DNA from: Eledone cirrhosa
Taxonomy: Eukaryota
DNA length: 64,000 nucleotides
Direction of reading: 5' to 3'
Assembly: GCA_964016885.1 (NCBI GenBank)
Contig: OZ024756.1
Location: 7,068,001 to 7,132,000 of the forward strand
The position numbers and the translations under genes were made by a program. Below the pieces are notes generated by a model. That model did not search any database and was not told the origin of the DNA. It saw only the letters and a list, made by a program, of their open reading frames with translations. Of the stretch, positions 53,481-64,000 are shown one piece after another. Each line of letters begins with the position of its first letter. The stretch's first letter is position 1.

Positions 53481-56400
53481 TATCCGACGTTCTAACCACT
53501 CCACCATTCTATCTGACGTTCTAACCACTCTACCATTCTATCCGACGTTCTAACCACTCTACCATTCTATCTGACGTTCTAACCACTCTACCATTCTATC
53601 CGACGTTCTAACCACTCCACCATTCTATCCGACGTTCTAACCACTCTACCATTCTATCCGACGTTCTAACCACTCCACCATTCTATCTGACGTTCTAACC
53701 ACTCCACCATTCTATCCGACGTTCTAACCACTCTACCATTCTATCTGACGTTCTAACCACTCCACCATTCTATCCGACGTTCTAACCACTCTACCATTCT
53801 ATCTGACGTTCTAACCACTCTACCATTCTATCTGACGTTCTAACCACTCTACCATTCTATCTGACGTTCTAACCACTCTACCATTCTATCTGACGTTCTA
53901 ACCACTCTGCCATTCTATCTGACGTTCTAACCACTCTACCATTCTATCTGACGTTCTAACCACTCTACCATTCTATCTGACGTTCTAACCACTCTACCAT
54001 TCTATCTGACGTTCTAACCACTCTACCATTCTATCTGACGTTCTAACCACTCTACCATTCTATCTGACGTTCTAACCACTCTACCATTCTATCTGACGTT
54101 CTAACCACTCTACCATTCTATCTGACGTTCTAACAACTCTACCATTATATCTGACGTTCTAACCACTCTACCATTCTATCTGACGTTCTAACCACTCTAC
54201 CATACTATCTGACGTTCTAACCAACCTACCATTCTATCTGACGTTCTAACCACCCTACCATTCTATCTGACGTTCTAACCACTCTACCATTCTATCTGAC
54301 GTTCTAACCACCCTACCATTCTATCTGACGTTCTAACCACACTACCATTCTATCTGACGTTCTAACCACTCTACCATTCTATATGACGTTCTAACCACTC
54401 TACCATTCTATCTGACGTTCTAACCACTCTACCATTCTATCTGACGTTCTAACCACTCTACCATTCTATCTGATGTTCTAATGACTCTACCATTCTATCT
54501 GACGTTCTAACAACTCTACCATTATATCTGACGTTCTAACCACTCTACCATTCTATCTGACGTTCTAACCACTCTACCATACTATCTGACGTTCTAACCA
54601 CCCTACCATTCTATCTGACGTTCTAACCACCCTACCATTCTATCTGACGTTCTAACCACTCTACCATTCTATCTGACGTTCTAACCACCCTACCATTCTA
54701 TCTGACGTTCTAACCACACTACCATTCTATCTGACGTTCTAACCACTCTACCATTCTATATGACGTTCTAACCACTCTACCATTCTATATGACGTTCTAA
54801 CCACTCTACCATTCTATCTGACGTTCTAACCACTCTACCATTCTATCTGATGTTCTAATGACTCTACCATTCTATCTGACGTTCTAACCACTCTACCATT
54901 CTATCTGACGTTCTAACCACTCTACCATTCTATCTGATGTTCTAATGACTCTACCATTCTATCTGACGTTCTAACCACTCTACCATTCTATCTGACGTTC
55001 TAACCACTCTACCATTCTATCTGACGTTCTAACGACTCTACCATTCTATCTGACGTTCTAACCACTCTACCATTCTATCTGACGTTCTAACCACTCTACC
55101 ATTCTATCTGACGTTCTAACGACTCTACCATTCTATCTGACGTTCTAACCACTCTACCATTCTGACATTTTAACCACTCTATCATTCTATCCGACGTTCT
55201 AACCACTCTACCATTCTATCTGACGTTCTAACCACTCTACCATTCTATCTGACGTTCTAACCACTCTACCATTCTGACGTTCTAACCACTCTACCATTCT
55301 ATGTGACGTTCTAATCACTCTACCATTCTATGTGACGTTCTAACAACTCGACCATTCTATCAGACATTCTAACCACTCTCTCATTCTATGTGACGTTCTA
55401 ACCTCTCTACCATTCTATCAGACGTTCTAACCACTCTACCATTCTATCTGACGTTCTAACCACTCTACCATTCTATCTGACGTTCTAACCACTCTACCAT
55501 TCTATCTGACGTTCTAACCACTCTACCATTCTATCTGACGTTCTAACCACTCTACCATTCTATCTGACGTTCTAACCACCCTACCATTCTATCTGACGTT
55601 CTAACCACCCTACCATTCTATCTGACGTTCTAACCACTCTACCATTCTATCTGACGTTCTAACCACCCTACCATTCTATCTGACGTTCTAACCACTCTAC
55701 CATTCTATCTGACGTTCTAACCACTCTACCATTCTATCTGACGTTCTAACCACTCTACCATTCTATCTGACGTTCTAACCACCCTACCATTCTATCTGAC
55801 GTTCTAACCACTCTACCATTCTATCTGACGTTCTAACCACCCTACCATTCTATCTGACGTTCTAACCACCCTACCATTCTATCTGACGTTCTAACCACTC
55901 TACCATTCTATCTGACGTTCTAACCACCCTACCATTCTATCTGACGTTCTAACCACACTACCATTCTATCTGACGTTCTAACCACTCTACCATTCTATAT
56001 GACGTTCTAACCACTCTACCATTCTATCTGACGTTCTAACCACTCTACCATTCTATCTGACGTTCTAACCACTCTGCCATTCTATCAGACGTTCTAACCA
56101 CTCTACCATTGTATCTGACGTTCTAACCACTCTACCATTCTATCTGATGTTCTAATGACTCTACCATTCTATCTGACGTTCTAACCACTCTACCATTCTA
56201 TTTGACGTTCTAACCACTCTGCCATTCTATCTGACGTTCTAACCACTCTACCATTCTGTCTGATGTTCTAATGACTCTACCATTCTATCTGACGTTCTAA
56301 CCACTCTACCATTCTATCTGACGTTCTAACCACTCTACCATTCTATCTGACGTTCTAACGACTCTACCATTCTATCTGACGTTCTAACGACTCTACCATT

Positions 56401-59400
56401 CTATCTGACGTTCTAACCACTCTACCATTCTATCTGACGTTCTAACCACTCTACCATTCTATCTGACATTTTAACCGCTCTACCATTCTATCTGACATTC
56501 TAACCAGTCTACCATTCTATCTGACGTTCTAACCACCCTACCATTCTATCTGACGTTCTAACCACTCTACCATTCTGACGTTTTAACCACTCTGTCATTC
56601 TATCCGACGTTCTAACCACTCTACCATTCTATCTGACGTTCTAACCACTCTACCATTCTATCTGACGTTCTAACCACTCTACCATTCTGACGTTCTACCC
56701 ACTCTACCATTCTATGTGACGTTCTAACAACTCTACAATTCTATGTGACGTTCTAACAACTCGACCATTCTATCAGACGTTCTAACCACTCTCCCATTCT
56801 ATGTGACGTTCTAACAACTCGACCATTCTATCAGACGTTCTAACCACTCTCCCATTCTATGTGACGTTCTAACCTCTCTACCATTCTATCAGACGTTCTA
56901 ACCACTCTACCATTCTATCTGACGTTCTAACCACTCTACCATTCTATCTGACGTTCTAACCACCCTACCATTCTATTTGACGTTCTAACCACTCTACCAT
57001 TCTATCTGACGTTCTAACCACTCTACCATTCTATCTGAATTTCTAACCACTCTACCATTCTATCTGACGTTCTAACCACTCTACCATTCTATCTGACGTT
57101 CTAACCACTCTACCATTCTATCTGACGTTCTAAGCACCCTACCATTCTATCTGACGTTCTAACCACCCTACCATTCTATCTGACGTTCTAACCACTCTAC
57201 CATTCTATCTGACGTTCTAACCACCCTACCATTCTATCTGACGTTCTAACCACTCTACCATTCTATCTGACGTTCTAACCACTCTACCATTCTATCTGAC
57301 GTTCTAACCACTCTACCATTCTATCTGACGTTCTAACCACCCTACCATTCTATCTGACGTTCTAACCACTCTACCATTCTATCTGACGTTCTAACCACTC
57401 TACCATTCTATCTGACGTTCTAACCACCCTACCATTCTATCTGACGTTCTAACCACCCTACCATTCTATCTGACGTTCTAACCACTCTACCATTCTATCT
57501 GACGTTCTAACCACCCTACCATTCTATCTGACGTTCTAACCACACTACCATTCTATCTGACGTTCTAACCACTCTACCATTCTATATGACGTTCTAACCA
57601 CTCTACCATTCTATCTGACGTTCTAACCACTCTACCATTCTATCTGACGTTCTAACCACTCTGCCATTCTATCAGACGTTCTAACCACTCTACCATTGTA
57701 TCTGACGTTCTAACCACGCTACCATTCTATCTGATGTTCTAATGACTCTACCATTCTATCTGACGTTCTAACCACTCTACCATTCTATTTGACGTTCTAA
57801 CCACTCTGCCATTCTATCTGACGTTCTAACCACTCTACCATTCTATCTGATGTTCTAATGACTCTACCATTCTATCTGACGTTCTAACCACTCTACCATT
57901 CTATCTGACGTTCTAACCACTCTACCATTCTATCTGACGTTCTAACGACTCTACCATTCTATCTGACGTTCTAACGACTCTACCATTCTATCTGACGTTC
58001 TAACCACTCTACCATTCTATCTGACGTTCTAACCACTCTACCATTCTATCTGACATTTTAACCGCTCTACCATTCTATCTGACATTCTAACCAGTCTACC
58101 ATTCTATCTGACGTTCTAACCACCCTACCATTCTATCTGACGTTCTAACCACTCTACCATTCTGACGTTTTAACCACTCTGTCATTCTATCCGACGTTCT
58201 AACCACTCTACCATTCTATCTGACGTTCTAACCACTCTACCATTCTATCTGACGTTCTAACCACTCTACCATTCTGACGTTCTAACCACTCTACCATTCT
58301 ATGTGACGTTCTAACAACTCTACAATTCTATGTGACGTTCTAATCACTCTACCATTCTATGTGACGTTCTAACAACTCGACCATTCTATCAGACGTTCTA
58401 ACCACTCTCCCATTCTATGTGACGTTCTAACCTCTCTACCATTCTATCAGACGTTCTAACCACTCTACCATTCTATCTGACGTTCTAACCACTCTACCAT
58501 TCTATCTGACGTTCTAACCACCCTACCATTCTATCTGACGTTCTAACCACTCTACCATTCTATCTGACGTTCTAACCACTCTACCATTCTATCTGAATTT
58601 CTAACCACTCTACCATTCTATCTGACGTTCTAACCACTCTACCATTCTATCTGACGTTCTAACCACTCTACCATTCTATCTGACGTTCTAACCACCCTAC
58701 CATTCTATCTGACGTTCTAACCACCCTACCATTCTATCTGACGTTCTAACCACTCTATAATTCTATCTGACGTTCTAACCACCCTACCATTCTATCTGAC
58801 GTTCTAACCACTCTACCATTCTATCTGACGTTCTAACCACCCTACCATTCTATCTGACGTTCTAACCACTCTACCATTCTATCTGATGTTCTAATGACTC
58901 TACCATTCTATCTGATGTTCTAACCACTCTACCATTCTATCTGACGTTCTAACCACTCTACCGTTCTATCTGACGTTCTAACGACTCTACCATTCTATCT
59001 GACGTTCTAACCACTCTACCATTCTATCTGACGTTCTAACCACTCTACCATTCTGACGTTCTAACCACTCTACCATTCTATGTGACGTTCTAATCACTCT
59101 ACCATTCTATGTGACGTTCTAACAACTCGACCATTCTATCTGACGTTCTAACCACCCTACCATTCTATCTGACGTTCTAACCACTCTACCATTCTATCTG
59201 ACGTTCTAACCACTCTACCATTCTATCTGACGTTCTAACCACCCTACCATTCTATCTGACGTTCTAACCACTCTACCATTCTATCTGACGTTCTAACCAC
59301 TCTACCATTCTATCTGAATTTCTAACCACTCTACCATTCTATCTGACGTTCTAACCACTCTACCATTCTATCTGACGTTCTAACCACTCTACCATTCTAT

Positions 59401-62400
59401 CTGACGTTCTAACCACCCTACCATTCTATCTGACGTTCTAACCACCCTACCATTCTATCTGACGTTCTAACCACTCTACCATTCTATCTGACGTTCTAAC
59501 CACCCTACCATTCTATCTGACGTTCTAACCACTCTACCATTCTATCTGACGTTCTACACACTCTACCATTCTATCTGACGTTCTAACCACTCTACCATTC
59601 TATCTGACGTTCTAACCACCCTACCATTCTATCTGACGTTCTAACCACTCTACCATTCTATCTGACGTTCTAACCACTCTACCATTCTATCTGACGTTCT
59701 AACCACCCTACCATTCTATCTGACGTTCTAACCACCCTACCATTCTATCTGACGTTCTAACCACTCTACCATTCTATCTGACGTTCTAACCACCCTACCA
59801 TTCTATCTGACGTTCTAACCACACTACCATTCTATCTGACGTTCTAACCACTCTACCATTCTATCTGACGTTCTAAACACTCTACCATTCTATCTGACGT
59901 TCTAACCACCCTACCATTCTATCTGACGTTCTAACCACTCTGCCATTCTATCAGACGTTCTAACCACTCTACCATTCTATCTGACGTTCTAACCACTCTA
60001 ACATTCTATCTGATGTTCTAATGACTCTACCATTCTATCTGACGTTCTAACCACTCTACCATTCTATCTGACGTTCTAACCACTCTACCATTCTATCTGA
60101 TGTTCTAATGACTCTACCATTCTATCTGATGTTCTAACCACTCTACCATTCTATCTGACGTTCTAACCACTCTACCGTTCTATCTGACGTTCTAACGACT
60201 CTACCATTCTATCTGACGTTCTAACCACTCTACCATTCTATCTGACGTTCTAACCACTCTACCATTCTGACGTTCTAACCACTCTACCATTCTATGTGAC
60301 GTTCTAATCACTCTACCATTCTATGTGACGTTCTAACAACTCGACCATTCTATCAGACGTTCTAACCACTCTCTCATTCTATGTGACGTTCTAACCTCTC
60401 TACCATTCTATCAGACGTTCTAACCACTCTACCATTCTATCTGACGTTCTAACCACTCTACCATTCTATCTGACGTTCTAACCACTCTACCATTCTATCT
60501 GACGTTCTAACCACTCTACCATTCTATCTGACGTTCTAACCACTCTACCATTCTATCTGACGTTCTAACCACTCTACCATTCTATCTGAATTTCTAACCA
60601 CTCTACCATTCTATCTGACGTTCTAACCACTCTACCATTCTATCTGACGTTCTAACCACTCTACCATTCTATCTGACGTTCTAACCACCCTACCATTCTA
60701 TCTGACGTTCTAACCACCCTACCATTCTATCTGACGTTCTAACCACTCTACCATTCTATCTGACGTTCTAACCACCCTACCATTCTATCTGACGTTCTAA
60801 CCACTCTACCATTCTATCTGACGTTCTAACCACTCTACCATTCTATCTGACGTTCTAACCACTCTACCATTCTATCTGACGTTCTAACCACCCTACCATT
60901 CTATCTGACGTTCTAACCACTCTACCATTCTATCTGACGTTCTAACCACTCTACCATTCTATCTGACGTTCTAACCACTCTACCATTCTATCTGATGTTC
61001 TAATGACTCTACCATTCTATCTGACGTTCTAACCACTCTACCATTCTATCTGACGTTCTAACCACTCTACCATTCTATCTGAATTTCTAACCACTCTACC
61101 ATTCTATCTGACGTTCTAACCACTCTACCATTCTATCTGACGTTCTAACCACTCTACCATTCTATCTGACGTTCTAACCACCCTACCATTCTATCTGACG
61201 TTCTAACCACCCTACCATTCTATCTCACGTTCTAACCACTCTACCATTCTATCTGACGTTCTAACCACCCTACCATTCTATCTGACGTTCTAACCACTCT
61301 ACCATTCTATCTGACGTTCTAACCACTCTACCATTCTATCTGACGTTCTAACCACTCTACCATTCTATCTGACGTTCTAACCACCCTACCATTCTATCTG
61401 ACGTTCTAACCACTCTACCATTCTATCTGACGTTCTAACCACTCTACCATTCTATCTGACGTTCTAACCACTCTACCATTCTATCTGATGTTCTAATGAC
61501 TCTACCATTCTATCTGACGTTCTAACCACTCTACCATTCTATCTGACGTTCTAACCACTCTACCGTTCTATCTGACGTTCTAACGACTCTACCATTCTAT
61601 CTGACGTTCTAACCACTCTACCATTCTATCTGACGTTCTAACCACTCTACCATTCTGACGTTCTAACCACTCTACCATTCTATGTGACGTTCTAATCACT
61701 CTACCATTCTATGTGACGTTCTAACAACTCGACCATTCTATCAGACGTTCTAACCACTCTCTCATTCTATGTGACGTTCTAACCTCTCTACCATTCTATC
61801 AGACGTTCTAACCACTCTACCATTCTATCTGACGTTCTAACCACTCTACCATTCTATCTGACGTTCTAACCACTCTACCATTCTATCTGACGTTCTAACC
61901 ACTCTACCATTCTATCTGACGTTCTAACCACCCTACCATTCTATCTGACGTTCTAACCACCCTACCATTCTATCTGACGTTCTAACCACTCTACCATTCT
62001 ATCTGACGTTCTAACCACCCTACCATTCTATCTGACGTTCTAACCACTCTACCATTCTATCTGACGTTCTAACCACTCTACCATTCTATCTGACGTTCTA
62101 ACCACCCTACCATTCTATCTGACGTTCTAACCACTCTACCATTCTATCTGACGTTCTAACCACTCTACCATTCTATCTGACGTTCTAACCACCCTACCAT
62201 TCTATCTGACGTTCTAACCACCCTACCATTCTATCTGACGTTATAACCACTCTACCATTCTATCTGACGTTCTAACCACCCTACCATTCTATCTGACGTT
62301 CTAACCACACTACCATTCTATCTGACGTTCTAACCACTCTACCATTCTATATGACGTTCTAACCACTCTACCATTCTATCTGACGTTCTAACCACTCTAC

Positions 62401-64000
62401 CATTCTATCTGACGTTCTAACCACTCTGCCATTATATCAGACGTTCTAACCACTCTACCATTGTATCTGACGTTCTAACCACTCTACCATTCTATCTGAT
62501 GTTCTAATGACTCTACCATTCTATCTGACGTTCTAACCACTCTACCATTCTATTTGACGTTCTAACCACTCTGCCATTCTATCTGACGTTCTAACCACTC
62601 TACCATTCTATCTGATGTTCTAATGACTCTACCATTCTATCTGACGTTCTAACCACTCTACCATTCTATCTGACGTTCTAACCACTCTACCATTCTATCT
62701 GACGTTCTAACGACTCTACCATTCTATCTGACGTTCTAACGACTCTACCATTCTATCTGACGTTCTAACCACTCTACCATTCTATCTGACGTTCTAACCA
62801 CTCTACCATTCTATCTGACATTTTAACCGCTCTACCATTCTATCTGACATTCTAACCAGTCTACCATTCTATCTGACGTTCTAACCACCCTACCATTCTA
62901 TCTGACGTTCTAACCACTCTACCATTCTGACGTTTTAACCACTCTGTCATTCTATCCGACGTTCTAACCACTCTACCATTCTATCTGACGTTCTAACCAC
63001 TCTACCATTCTATCTGACGTTCTAACCACTCTACCATTCTGACGTTCTAACCACTCTACCATTCTATGTGACGTTCTAACAACTCTACAATTCTATGTGA
63101 CGTTCTAATCACTCTACCATTCTATGTGACGTTCTAACAACTCGACCATTCTATCAGACGTTCTAACCACTCTCCCATTCTATGTGACGTTCTAACCTCT
63201 CTACCATTCTATCAGACGTTCTAACCACTCTACCATTCTATCTGACGTTCTAACCACTGTACCATTCTATCTGACGTTCTAACCACCCTACCATTCTATC
63301 TGACGTTCTAACCACTCTACCATTCTATCTGACGTTCTAACCACTCTACCATTCTATCTGAATTTCTAACCACTCTACCATTCTATCTGACGTTCTAACC
63401 ACTCTACCATTCTATCTGACGTTCTAACCACTCTACCATTCTATCTGACGTTCTAACCACCCTACCATTCTATCTGACGTTCTAACCACCCTACCATTCT
63501 ATCTGACGTTCTAACCACTCTACCATTCTATCTGACGTTCTAACCACCCTACCATTCTATCTGACGTTCTAACCACTCTACCATTCTATCTGACGTTCTA
63601 ACCACTCTACCATTCTATCTGACGTTCTAACCACTCTACCATTCTATCTGACGTTCTAACCACCCTACCATTCTATCTGACGTTCTAACCACTCTACCAT
63701 TCTATCTGACGTTCTAACCACTCTACCATTCTATCTGACGTTCTAACCACCCTACCATTCTATCTGACGTTCTAACCACTCTACCATTCTATCTGACGTT
63801 CTAACCACCCTACCATTCTATCTGACGTTCTAACCACACTACCATTCTATCTGACGTTCTAACCACTCTACCATTCTATATGACGTTCTAACCACTCTAC
63901 CATTCTATCTGACGTTCTAACCACCCTACCATTCTATCTGACGTTCTAACCACTCTGCCATTCTATCAGACGTTCTAACCACTCTACCATTCTATCTGAC
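53449..64000. repeat. 29-bp satellite array (about 360 units, runs off the window)
   Basis: Consensus ctatctgacgttctaaccactctaccatt; occasional 25-bp units lacking tatc. Confidence 0.98.

Noticed and set aside
53449-64000. CRISPR-like regular 29-bp repeat
   Set aside because: No unique spacers, no cas genes, eukaryotic context; it is a tandem satellite

Overview
Repeat-dominated, AT-rich eukaryotic DNA. The SINE family and the microsatellite load suggest a mollusc, probably a cephalopod such as Octopus; this is inference. No host protein-coding gene can be supported, and almost all short ORFs in the track are microsatellite translations. The real coding content is retroelements: (1) an intact Penelope-like element (RT plus Cys-rich linker plus GIY-YIG, 44105-46891) with a ~700 bp inverted terminal arm; (2) a near-full-length RTE LINE broken by one frameshift (48144-51450, minus); (3) a 5'-truncated CR1-type LINE; (4) a Tx1/L1-type fragment inside (CTAT)n; (5) several decayed RTE pieces. 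There are also ~18 copies or fragments of a tRNA-derived SINE, a pogo/Tigger-type MITE, several minisatellites and a >10.5 kb 29-bp satellite that appears to be a tandem amplification of the SINE A-box segment. The most striking unannotated layer is about 15 type-I hammerhead-ribozyme-like motifs from several distinct families. They sit in short elements between (TA)n tracts. Many of these elements are asymmetric fold-back palindromes that mimic the ends of the full Penelope-like element.
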